DNA of 64,000 bases, taken from NCBI GenBank assembly GCA_002633005.1, contig NMRA01000029.1:1593796-1657795 (forward strand). Direction: 5' to 3'. Source of the stretch: Phoronis australis. Its lineage: Eukaryota > Animalia > Phoronida. The notes under the pieces are model-generated. The model searched no databases. It saw only the letters and a program-made list of their open reading frames with translations, and was not told the origin of the DNA. The translations under genes were made by a program, and so were the position numbers. This document shows positions 1 to 13,400 of the stretch, in pieces. How positions within the stretch are numbered: the stretch's first letter is position 1; every line of letters begins with the position of its first letter.

Positions 1-1256
1 TGAAGGTAAAAAGCCTACATCAGAGAAAAGGCATAGATGTCTGAAATACAATTATAGATAATAAAATTCGGGTTGTGGGTTCTAAACTTATCGCTAATCC
101 GTTTGTGTTATAATTTTGACATTTTTTGACCTGGTCGGCCATCTTGAACGACAACGGCATAGGTTACAAGTTTCAAAGTCATCCATTCAAGATAGTTTAC
201 ACAGCTATTCTAGCAGTAAACTTGAGTGACACATATCGTTTTTTACCATTCTGAACGTTACGGTAATTTTGAAACAGATCCTGATAAATAATAACAATGT
301 TTAACATTGTAATAACCGAGGAATTGGCGCCATAGTTTCAGACTATATACTATTTATTAAATCAAACTGAGACAGAAGTCTCATATAATTATTAGTTTTG
401 TATCAAATGTTATGTTTGGGACTTGATTGCATGTTGAGTGTTATTTACACTGGTGCAATTTTATTAGATAATCATTTTGGGAAAGTTTGATGATCGCACC
501 GGCAACCAACGTGGAGTCAAACTTCCGAGGTCAAATGACACTGTTAAAATAGTCCCAGGTGTGCAATGTGGAAAACAATATCGTATTTAATCAACTTATT
601 CAACGCGTAGGTGGTGAAATTGTTGACACACTTCTGCAACAAAGCAGTTGTGTACAATTTTGCCGATGTTTGTGCCATAACTATACGGAATACTCCGCAT
701 GTATTTATTTCAATATGAAGTGGCCCTTCAATTGACTAGTCTGAAGCACATTCTAATTAAGTTACTTACTGTTTGGGTCAAATTAGCATACACTTTAATT
801 TGTAATGCGATCACTTCAGATAGTTAGCTACATTTATCCCTGAATTAGCCTGAAACTTTGAACCCGTGAGTCCAATATTTTAAAACATGGCATTTTTTAT
901 CTCTTATGAGAGTGTGAAAAGTGGCAAAATCACTTTTGGGTGGAATCAGTTAAACGATTAGCATATCCAGTGTATCCATATATGTTTTATGTAATGTTTA
1001 TCAGGTGATAAGGTGGACGCTGCTAGGACACAGAAAAGACAGAATCACTTAGCAGCTGCCTTCGTTGCTTTTATCAACTAGTTTCAATAATTGCGTCTCA
1101 AAACGTTGGTTCGATATGCAACTGTTTCCAAAATATTAATAAACGTGCTATGGAAAAACTGTGCAAATTAAAAGTTTCAGTAAATACAAGCGAGATGTGT
1201 ATGTCCCTTGAGTGTAAGAAACTCCATATGTGAGTCCTTTCATTAACACAACGTAC

Positions 1257-1401
1257 CGCCGTCATCTGGACGGAAGTTCGAAGGTTCTGGTGTTTCACAG
1301 CGAACACCGTATGACGTCTTGGTCGCTGGCGTGGAGATTTCTTTGCCAAAAACGCACGTGTACGTATTGTCTTCTGGTAAGTGAGAGATAGTCAAATTGA
1401 G
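1257..1401 (-). CDS. Plexin A exon, IPT/TIG1
   Basis: 145 nt, LNLTISHLPEDNTYTCVFGKEISTPATKTSYGVRCETP; paralog of 57859-57997. Confidence 0.9.
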
Positions 1402-4400
1402 CTGAAAAACGAAACAGAGCTCACAGATCTTATAATGAACTATTACTAGGAACTGTCATATGTTCAGTTTGGAATGCTGTTACGGCGATATAAATTGTTT
1501 GACATTACAAGTTGACAATATCATTGATTCAACCTCGTGTATACAAACACACGTCAATCAAACATCACAGGGGTCCTGAGGCTTAAAGAATTATTTACGG
1601 ACGAAAATGCATCTTGAGAATATTACTCTAAGGAATAGACTTTTTGAAGTCATAAGCATTGACCAAAATTGTAAAACATCAAATGCTGTTGTGTTTTTGA
1701 GATTTTATTGCAATTAGAATAAAATGGAAGTCATTCACATCGAATTGAATGCACTCAAATACACAAAAATGTGTGTTTTAGTATCACAAAAATTAAAAAG
1801 GCAATTTTCCAACGTCTATTCCTCTCACAGACAAAAGGAGGCTGCTTAGGCCAAGTAACCTAACGGTGAGATTTGTCTATTGCATTTGTCAATAATTACA
1901 CTTTCATAAAAATTAGCAATTGTTTTCATGTTTGGGCACTGAGGTGAAACCCAAAAATATTGGTAAATGAAAATCTTATGATATTTCCAAATCTTCAAAA
2001 TCGAATTTAAAAGCTGATAACCTATTAAATACGTATACCTTTACAAAAAGTACCTCGTTTTATAGCAATGTGGAAACTCAAATATCTCCACTGGTTAGAA
2101 TCTCTTCTTTTCCAGCCAGACTTTTTATTTTTTCACGGTCGTAATTAATTTTTCAAACTATAAGATTCAAGTTTGCAAACAATACAAGTCAATTATCAGA
2201 ATTTTATACATAAGGATTCTACCGGATTTCTATAAAAAAAATTTCACTTCAAACCTTTGAACGAGCTAGGCAGCTAGTGTATACGAAGCTCTCAAGGAAA
2301 AAATACTTCGTACAGTAGTGTACAGACTATTAAAGAAAACACCGTAACACTTAAAAGGTTACTTAAATATAGTATAACATACTTCCTATGTCGATTCATC
2401 AAGGGCTGAACTGTTGCTACCACTTGATGTTGATGTCTTTGTAATAAATCTAAACGTCAACCTCAGCAGTCATATTATCTAACTCAGCACATTTTACTTT
2501 ACAGATATATCACTCAGAGCAAGGATTTGATGGATTCGATAAAAAACATGGGCCCCATAATCTAGAAATGGACCACACTTAAACCTTTTTTAACATTTCA
2601 TATGAGCGAAGCCTTTTATGGGCATGAGGAATCAAATAAAACTTTTAAGTGTAAGACCAAATTTCGTACAATCGCAACGGAACTCAAACAACAAAGCATG
2701 CATACATAAAATTACAAAGGAAGTTGATCGTTGTGATCCATTGCTTTTTACAATTCCACATTGCACTCACTATTATTTTCCGATGGTGTGTAGAAAGCCG
2801 GTCTTTAGGTTCTATTTTTGAGAATACAATGCACTGTCCGGGGTCGTCATCATAACTGTACCATTTCTTGGAAACACCAGCGGCTTTACATTCAGACTCG
2901 AGCGAACATCTGGAAACAAAAACAATATACATTAAATAAACAACTTTGCACCGATGGAGGTAAAAATGATGACACAATTTATATTATAAAAACCACAGTG
3001 ACTTTCCTTTCGGTAAACTAAATTAGTTAACATTGCTAAAGACATTGTCGCTCTACCGCTATTGTGTTGCTAAACATGTGGAGTGAAAGGCTTCCAGCGC
3101 CGTTAATTAGAGTGTCACCTATAGGTCGATTTATTTCTTTGTCTATTTTTCAATCAAAAGATGTCAAACCAAATTATCGGAATTGGTTTCACTTCTGTAT
3201 AAATAGACGTTGATTGAACTGTCTTTCAAATAAACGGCTGTAACAGCAACATGGGTGTCGGTTGACACTCAGATTTTGCATGTACCACCGCTGGTTGTCG
3301 ATGTAAGCTTCACCACAAGGTGACTGCCGTGTTAGGCGAACAGTCGCTTTTCTCGCAAGAAACTTGCTTTAGGGAACGCAAACCAGTTTTATAGTAAAAT
3401 CATTTTTATACCACAAGGTAATTATGTGGTGCCGTATTTGTTCCTTATCGTTGCTTAAAGCGGTTATAAACCAACCGTCGAAGACGTGAATTTTTCAGTT
3501 AGACTAATTACCACTTTAAAATTAGTTCGACTTGGGAAGGGATTTTTGAGTTTGCAAATAACTGACATATATCGTTATTGGTGAGAGCGTGGTACTGAGT
3601 AACACCAAAGCATCAATACTTTCCAAGCACAGGGGTGAGTACCGTGGACTGCAAGACATTAACGTATTCCATCTGCTTTCACTTGCGGTGAAAAATCACT
3701 AAGGTCAAAATAGAGAGTCTTTATGTAATTATGAGTACATCACTGCTTGAAAAAATCTGCACAACATTTCTCAGTCAGTAGCAGCTAGCGAATTCTTAGT
3801 TGACAAACTACGCTGGCGATAACACTGCATGTGTACATGCCAACGGCAACAAAAGGACACATGTCATTCGAAAAGTACCTTCAGATTAAGACTTTATACA
3901 TGTAGCTTGGCTCAGCGAAAAAGATGATGGAACCTGCCGTTGATAAGTTTCAAGCTCTAATACTTAACAATAAAGACCGCGTGCGCCTCAGCAGAGGAGG
4001 AGAGTGTGTTGTGTGTGAAAATCGTGTCATTTTACTTTTAGTGACATTGGACTTCACAGAACAAACAATGATTCTCTGTCGCAAGGCTGCGATTAAGATA
4101 AGGGTACTCCAGCTACCTTGACCATGAATCACGTATGATATTTTTATCGTGTCACGTTTCATCTATTGCAATCTTCTTAGGCATCTTTTTAGCTCAACCA
4201 ATACTTTGAAATTTGAGAGACTACTATATTGCATACTCACTTCTATGTTTCAAGAGAGGAATGCTATACAGTATTTGGAGAGTGTGGAAATTCCAACTCT
4301 CGAACTCACGAGAAAACGTGATATTCTTCAGAAGTCAAATACATTTGTACATCATTTGTGGGACTTAATTATCTCACAATGTTCAGAACAGAAATCAGCA

Positions 4401-7400
4401 ATGCATAAGACAATGTGACACTGTTCAACATGGCCTCCAATCATTCTCAGAACGCGGAGTCAAACGTTGAATCAATTATCCAATACTGCACAGTTTAAGG
4501 AAATCTCAAACCTTATTGAAAAATATTGTCCATTTTACAACATTTTACACATGTCTATCAAAATAACGTATCTTCATTCTCGGGGAACTTCAAATGCGAA
4601 ATATAAACCGCGTAGCGCACAACTGCGTGGAAATTTCTTTATTATTTATCCGAAATCAAAGGTTACAGGGCTTTCATTCACATCTAATCTCCCGCCACTC
4701 TAAGCACAGAGCAGCCTTCAGGGCCGTTGAGAGCCAATGCTTCGAGTCGCCACACGCATCTGTGAATCTGCGGTCACGAACACAGCAACTTGTGAAAAGA
4801 GATAAATCCTCACCCAAATTCATAAATTCCCTAAGTAAGTTGACATTTTGATGTTTCGATCTCATATTAACGATGTGCTGATATCAACGACTAGAATTCT
4901 GTTATCCATTTTTTACTTGGTTTCGTATCAGTATCCCAGGGCATAGCATGTTTAACAATGAAGTGTTGACCTACTTTGAAGAAAGTTTGAGATAATCTGA
5001 AACATTTTATGTCGACGTCGAACGAGCCTCCTTGAAAATGCTATGCGTGCAAGTTTTACAGGCTGTGATTTCTTCATTTTAGTAATTATTTTTGTAAGTT
5101 ATTAATTTGATTACACATTACCTTATTAGACTGCATAGTGTTGTAGTTACTGTATGTGTTTGTATTTCCTTGTATTTCTTGTATTCATTGTCAATTACAT
5201 TAGCCTTGCTGCTAAATGTTAACCGTTGTTCTGCTGTTGAATAAACTGACTGATTGATTGCACAATCCAACGCAGCAACCATGCTGATACACTCTTTCCC
5301 AGCACTACGCTGAAGTACATGTTGCATTGTGGTTTGATTGTGTAACATGACTCCTCATTGGTTATCAGATAGAACTATTATTGAGAAATAACATTCAAAC
5401 ATTCCGATTGGTTGCAACGTCTATTGAGGAATACATTTGTGACTTGCGATTGCTGCAACAGCAAGAGCAGTAATGCAACGCATTACTCACAAGATCGTGT
5501 TTTGTGCACAAGCCTCGAAGATTACAAGAACAGAACGATCCACTATAGCCTACTTTTCGGCTCCATGTCGTACAATGCGCATACCAAACTACGTCCAAAA
5601 CAAGTAATATGCAATCGTGCCCACACACGGATTTTTGCGTATTGTTGAACATCATTCAAAAGGATACAATATCATATAAGCTTCGTTGTGACAATGAGGG
5701 TGCCTCACCTAATCCATTAACTTCGTCACCTAACGCAAATGGCTTATCTTAAACTTACATGTAGATCTAGTTAGATTATGTTCACATTATAACCAACTGC
5801 GGCATTTTCACACAGAAAACATTAATTAAATCGTGCATTGCAAGAAATTCCAACCAACCAATTCTACCTTTGATAACCTTTTCTGCTTTCCTTTCTTGTT
5901 AACTGTTCCTTTGCCGAACTACTTTGAGCAAACTCACAAAATGTCGTAGACTTCTGCCACTTGTTGGTAGCTTAGCACGATTTGCGGATGACTACGATTA
6001 ATAATTTTCCTAGGATAGGCTAGAAAGCTCTCGAGCATATTCGTGAAACACTTGCCTTCACTGTTCTGGCGTGATTTTGTGGGGTCTTTCGTAATCTTAC
6101 TTTTCACGCCCCTGTACGTAAACGTATTTTTCATTAATCATTGGATTCCGCCACTTTGCCAGAAGATTGTAACATTTATTTTCAAGAAGATGAGACAAAC
6201 TACAGACAAGTATCACTCTGATCATCTCAATTTGCTAGACTACATGGTTCTCCAACGCTATGACGCATTTTGATAATTAACATATTCTGGAGGACGGACA
6301 GCAAACTTTCCGTAGAAACCACTCATGGGAACTCCAACAGATCTTCACCTTAGATAATTTAGCTAAAGGCATGGACACAGGTGGTCAATTGGATGTCCTC
6401 ATTCTCGACTTCAGCAAACCGTTCGACGTTGTCCCTCACCAACGACTTATAACCAAGCCCCGTAACCGATGATGGAATCACCCTTCCTGGATCTCAATAT
6501 TTTAACGAAACGGAATGGTGGATGGAAAACTTTCAGGGTTCATTTTAGTTTTATCCATCATTCTATAACCTCTCATATTTTTACCATTTACCAATGATAT
6601 TGGCAAGGACATTTCCCGTGATACTGAACTCCGCCTATTTGCAGACGAATGCCTCATCTATTGCAAAATCAAAACCAACAACGACAGCAATATACTTAAA
6701 CAAGATTTAGACGCGCTCATCAACTGGACCAATAAAGGGCAAATGCTTTTCAACGTATCTAATTGTTATGTTCTACATACAACTATAAAACGCAAGTATC
6801 GCAAATATAATATTCAAGGAACTCCACTGGAACCTGTCTCACAACAATATCTTTGTGTTAACCTATCAAATGAACTCAAATGCAAATATTATATTCGTGA
6901 TGTAACATCCAAAGCAAATAGGAATCTTGGCTGCTTACGCAGAAACTTGAAACTCGCACAGAAACCAGTCAAAGAAACAGCATAGGAAACAATAGTTAGA
7001 CCTTGTTTCGGGTATGCTTCTGTATCTTGGGACCCTCACACTCAACACATGTCGATAGTCTTGAAAACATCTATCGACGAGCGTGTGCCAAGAGTTTTCA
7101 ACTACGAGCAGTGTCACCCATTATGCTTCATTCCCTAGGCTTTGAACCCTTGGCCAGACGCAGATTGTAGTCTCACTAGCTTCCATACAATTCAGCAAGC
7201 TACATGTAGTCTTGCATGGATTTCATCATCAGACATTAAGAGTACCAGTAGGACAACCATAATTCCCTTCATCTCATCCATGGCATAACAGAGGTCTACA
7301 AATGTTCCTTATTTCTTCTGACAATAAGAGACTGGTCATTGTCTATAACCAACGCGCTGCAAGCTGCAACCTTCATGTGTGCTGGAAACACATTCTGATG

Positions 7401-10400
7401 TTATCAATCCTTGCCGATTAGGCAAGCAAGACTAGACAAGGCAAGGCGAGACACTAGGCCAGTCTAGCCCCCAAGCCTCAAGATAACTTTGTTCGGTTTA
7501 GATTACCACCATCCTTAGACTTGGGGACTACGCTGATTACCATTGCCTCTGACACAAAACGCTGTCCTCATTAGGGACTTTTTATATCGGCGCTCTTCAG
7601 AGTAATGAGAGCACGAAAGTAATTTCCGATTGATCCCGACTCAGATTTGGTGGACAGAACTTCAAAGACTCCACAGATGTGATTCATAAAGATTAAAGCA
7701 AAGAAATAAAATCTACAGCCAGTCCCTCACATTTCTTAATTAGTTAAAATTGAATAATTTAATTCAGGTACTTGACACCGGCTGGGATCGAAAGTATCTC
7801 GCTTTATTATCGGCAGCCACTGGCTTTGTCGTGGATACATCTTCGCAATGGGAAATGCATGCAGCAAGGTGTCTTTGCTCATCAATTTCAAAAGATTTGC
7901 CTTTTTCTGGAGGCAGAAGTACCTCCCACCCCATAGCGCATTAGTGTGAATGAATTTGCCGGCATTATAGAAACAAGAAGGGAGTTTAAAAGCTGTTTAA
8001 ACCAGTACGTTTAGACCTCCCGTCCCCATAACCTGGGAACTGAAAACCTGTCTGCCAAACACCTGACGTGAGTCCAGTTACGATAGGACCTACAATAGGA
8101 CGTAGCTTAAGTTTATCCAAAGTCACGTGTTCTAATTTAACCTAAGAGGCAATGTCTCAAGTAATCTCGTAAAGTATTGCTTTTCAGCGAGGTCCTATCG
8201 TTACTGAATGCACGCCAGATCGCCATCTGGCGGGTTAGTGACTTTCAATATGGCACGGCTATTTAGAAAGTGAGCTATTTAACTGGTGAATTTTTTTAAT
8301 AAGTTTTGTTACGGTAAGTGGGCGATATCAAATGTATTTGGATTGGAAGACTGGTTAATAGTAGACTAAGCATAAAGATGTGAACTAATTCTTTGACGAT
8401 TGTCTTCATACAGCTAACTCGCTGCCTAGGTTTATAGCTGATAAATTCATTTTAACTGGGATCTGTTTCATGAAAAGTGACTGATGACCGAAATTTTGTC
8501 TTGCTATTTCAAAAAAATGATCCAATCTCACTCCCGTAAAGGTGCAGTCGCCAAGAATGTACGTGCTTAAATAATGTCTATAAATTCTTTCTAGACTGTG
8601 GTGTGCTCGTCATCATTTGGATAAACCAGTCATTTCAACAATTTTTAAGTGGGAGCGAAGACCAAATTTCTGTCTTAAGTCTTTTAAAAGTAACTTTCAT
8701 GAAATGAAACCCTGATGGTCATTAAAATTGGTATCATATACACCGTGTAACTTCAGTCTTGAATTTGCACTAGAGAAAAAAGCCCTTACTTATTCTCCAG
8801 CGTACACCACCCGCAGTGAGGATCACGTGCCGATATGCACTCGTGACAGGAAGTGAACTTGTTGCATTCGTACGTTTGCAGCTTGTGAAGCTGAAATGAA
8901 TTGCACAAAAAGTACAAACAAGCTTTGTTAGTGTTAGGTAAAATAAAATTTTAAAGCAGTTCTCAAATTTTCGTAAATCAAAAGCAAACTATTCTTCACA
9001 TCTGATCTGGGTGATTTTGTAAGAGCAGTCACAGTTCCATTAACTTAAATATGAATATTCAAAGAAACAAAGCATAATAAATGAGGCATTAAGTATTTCA
9101 GTTAGTAAAACAATACTTAAAGGAGCATGCCACCCAAAAAACTAATTTGTATCAATTTAGATAGAGAAGTTCTACTCCATAACGACACGTACGGTTGCGT
9201 TACCTGACACTTGACGGCAGACGGAGGTGCTGAAATAATCCAATGACGTCATCGGTTTCACATGCAGTCTGTTCAGCAGTTCACAACACGGGTTACTGGT
9301 CCCAGCTTATCGCTTGAAGTCATCGTTTAACACCAATAAATCATCAAACTTCGATGTAAAACCCTTAAAAATACACCGAGTTTTTATAAAAACGTGTTGT
9401 TTTATTTCGCTCTTTTGTTTGGAGATAATTTCGAAGTATTTTACCGTGAGATACAGACAGGAGAACCTAGATCTGTGTTGTTTAGACTTGTGATTTTTTT
9501 AGTTCTAAACACAAAACGCTTGTTAGCCTGGCCGGTGGCCGCTCGGAGCTCGATCAGGCCCGTCGCGGCCAGCCGGATCGACTGATCGTTAACCCGGCCC
9601 GCCAGTGGCTAGGAAACTCATCAGACATCGCGAAATAAACCAGCCAAAGTTCCATGGAAACTAAACTTCCAATGAAGAAAACACTATACTAGTGAGCCAA
9701 AGTAATGTGCACCTGATTATGTTGGTGAATTAGCCACGAAACTGCAAATCTACTTACTCGTCGGGGGCCGCGAATTCAGCCGGTTCCGCTTTGGCCACAG
9801 CACCGTCAGGGCAAAAGTTATATTTTGACAATCATTGTTTGAGTAATATAAATGTAAATAAAGATTCCCCTAACACCTGGCCGTGGGATGGAAATGGAGT
9901 TGTTTCACAACAGTTTCTGCCAGCAAACACTAAATTTGCATGAGCTCACACGGCCTAGGTCATCCCGTCACTGAATTACTGGTTTTATCGCACTCGGCTA
10001 AAGCCGATAACGCAATGATTTATTCATTGCTGGCTTCTCACGAACACTCCAAAGGTATATTACAAATTGCATCTTATGAGACAGACTTTGTTTCTGTTTT
10101 ATATAAGTATTGGCTAGGGTGAGAATAATTCATTTTGAAACAGAACGCTCAATAAATAAACGTCAACATGGCAACTCGGCCCGACTTAGGACGAGCTAGA
10201 GCTCATCAGTCCCGACTTCGCAGGTGGATCGTTAAGTTTTAAAGGCTATCAATTCGAACAGGAATACAGTGATGAAGAAATAAAAGAGAGGCGCCGTGAA
10301 CAAGCTCAGACAACGGAACGTATGGAGTTATTTGGTAAGCCGGCATTCGTCAGGCACTCTCGACGTCTGCAGGCCACAGACACGGAGACATTTCACGGCC

Positions 10401-13400
10401 TCATACTTGCTATTTACAGCGTACATTTCATTCTTCACTACCATGAGCCACTTCCTAAGCAATTCGGACTGTCGAGGAAGTAAAAAAAACGAAATACTCG
10501 CTTTCCTCGCAGCTGCTTAGTTCGGACAAGCGGGAACGATGCACTGCAACATAGCGGCATTCACTCTGCATATGAACCCCTGACGTCGCTAGCGTCGTTT
10601 CTCACCTTCCTCACAGGTTAACGCGACACCTCTTGGCAAGGTAAGGTCGACCGTATGCGAGGCGATGTGGATATAGACCGATTGAGACTGCAAAAAAGTC
10701 TAATTAAATTGGGTGGCATTCTCCTTTAAATACTATTGGAAATCCGACCAGTAAAAATGTGGAATTAATTGTCGTCCATATCGAGGAAAGTTACATAACA
10801 AATGTCCTCAAAAACGGTTTCAAGGTGTTTACTGCTTTTGTTTGTGATCAGATATACGTAAATTAGTGTTATGATATAGCTTGCATACTCAAGGAAATCT
10901 AGTGGTGGTGTAGTTGTTTCAAAGTTTACGTAATAGTATTCTTGTCTCACGTATGCAAAATTGAAACATAATTAGCTAGCTTAAGTTGTTTTTTTTAGTT
11001 TTATAAGGCTTCGAACTGGTACAAGGGCACTCAACGGGTAACCACGTAAGCCTTAAAATTTTGTTTATTTTAGTTGAAACTCTGGCTATTATTGAAAACA
11101 AATCTAGTCAAACTTTGTTCTCAATTCCTTTTTTCAGCATAACAGCATTTTCAATAGAAGCAATCTGATTTTTAAATTTCTGGTAAAGTTAAAAGAAAAT
11201 GCCACCCGATTTAATTAGTCTTTTTACCGTCTTAATCGGTCTTTATCCACATCGCCTCTTATACGGTCGATCTCACCTTGCCGAGAGGTGTCGTGGAAAC
11301 CTGTGAGGAAGGAGAGAAACAACACAGCGACGTCAGTGGTTCGTCTGCAGAGTGAATGCCGCTACATTGCGGTGCATCGTTCCCGCTTGTCCGCACTATG
11401 AAGCTGCGAAGAAAGCGGGTATCTCGTTTTTTCGACTTCCTCCAGAGCCTGAAATGCTTAGGAAGTGGCTCGCGGTAGTGAAGAATGAAAGGTATGCTGT
11501 TAATAGCAAGTATGAGGCCGTGAAACATCTCCGTGTCTGTGGCCGGCATTTCGTCGACAGTGATTTCTCTGACGAATTCCGGCTTACCAAAGAACTATCC
11601 ATACACCTAACTGACGTGGCGGACATTAAAATCCAAAGCGAGGCTCACTGCGATAAACAAAGCTGAAGTTGACATTGCGTGAGTAAAATGGCCGGTCTTT
11701 CGAGTCCAACCTGGATGTTAAATCTTAAAAATGTGTCGATAATTAATCTCAGAGACGTATAAAAATACATTAGAGAACAAGTCAATGCATCAAAAAGTTG
11801 TCTGACGAAAAGGTATGAGTTTTTTCGGAAAACTAGGCTCGAAACATGAAAAGTATATACGACCAAACTACGGCGGTCGTAGTGTTACTGGTTAGGTATC
11901 ATGCTGAATGCAGGGTTACGTTTCTTCTTGTGAATTTTTGATAAAAAAGTTTTCTAAAAATCATCTGCTTGTACTGTTGACGAGTTGAAGATATATTCGA
12001 CAGTGGTGGCTTATAGCATTTTGCTGTCATGTGCAATTAGTCACATCTGGTTTAATTTGTTGATCAAGAAAATTAACATCAAGCATAGCCTAGGTCCTGT
12101 GAGGTAGAGACTATCGGGACTAACAGTTGATTTGTCATTCATCGGATAGAATAACTGATGTTCTTAAATATATTTTATTAAAATAAAAAACCAGGCTCGT
12201 AAATAAAATTTATTTGACCATTTTTTTAAAAGTAAAAACGAGCACAGCCCGAGCAATCGCTATCGCATTATATGCAGGTTCTCATTCACTCGCTTGCACA
12301 CATTTACAAGTAATTATTTGACCATCAATTCTGCTATACTGGTTTTAATAAATCTGACGTCTATTTCATATGTTAGGTTTCAACTATCAATCTGGACCAG
12401 TGAATTTTATAATTAAAACACCTAATTTGTTCGTCCAAAGCATAACCTCGTTTAAGAGCTCAATTTCCGGTAACTGGACAGAGTAAGAAACGTTATCATG
12501 TTTCTTCAGGGGCCTCGTTCATCCGAGGGGAAAGGTGACTGTGCCTTCTGAGAGGGGATTTCTTTCGCCGAGTGCGGCCGGGGCAAAATCTACCTCCTGA
12601 TCAGCATCCCCGTCCTGTTGCAAGCTCTCACAGGCTTTGTCTCAAGTAACATTTTGTGATCTTTCAAATTGTCACCTGTGTGGTTAGAGGTAATTTGAGC
12701 TTCGAAGAGAAGTTTTCAATCACTAGGGGAGTTTTTAAACCTCGTGGAGGGAATTTCGTGGGATTTTTCAGTACTTTTGAGAGGGGAATAGGGTCAATAT
12801 CAGGTCTCAAAATCGAGGAATTGAGGGCCATGTCCTTTTTGGGAAGAGAAACGCATCATGTTTCAACCCGTAGTTATGAACACAGCATGGCTGGCCGAAG
12901 ATTTTCCGGTCGTTGCTATGATGCTCAGCAGCCGAGATGCGACAAAATATGATCTAACTTTTCGAAAACATTTATAAATTTTACACGGCCATATTTTACT
13001 TCGTCGCGTTGTATGGCAAGGACCCAACGTACGCTTCCGAATCTCAACGTCCTTAGGGATTGTAAAACAGACAGTTGAGTGTCCGTATTTTTTTTGGTCG
13101 CTTCGAGCAACGCGGAATACAACCACTACGCCGATAAGCCAACGGTGCTATAGTAGCGAGCCTCGTTTTGGAACGCGCCTCCTGTCGGCGTGAATTAGGT
13201 ATATACGTTCTGTTGCCTGTGCATGTTCACGGCGCCTCTCTAGTATTTCTTGACCAGTGTATTCCGGTTCGAACTGATAGCCTGTGAAACTTAACGATCC
13301 GACCCGTGAAGTCTTCGTCGGATGAGCTCTTGACTAAGTCGTGATTGGCGCCGGGCGAGTTGCCATGTAGACGTTTATTATTCTGCGTTCTAAAATGATC

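Noticed and set aside
11352-11666. Apparent host THAP-domain gene
   Set aside because: Lies within TIR/TSD-bounded transposon, lacks the ATG seen in the sister copy and is cut by a nested insertion
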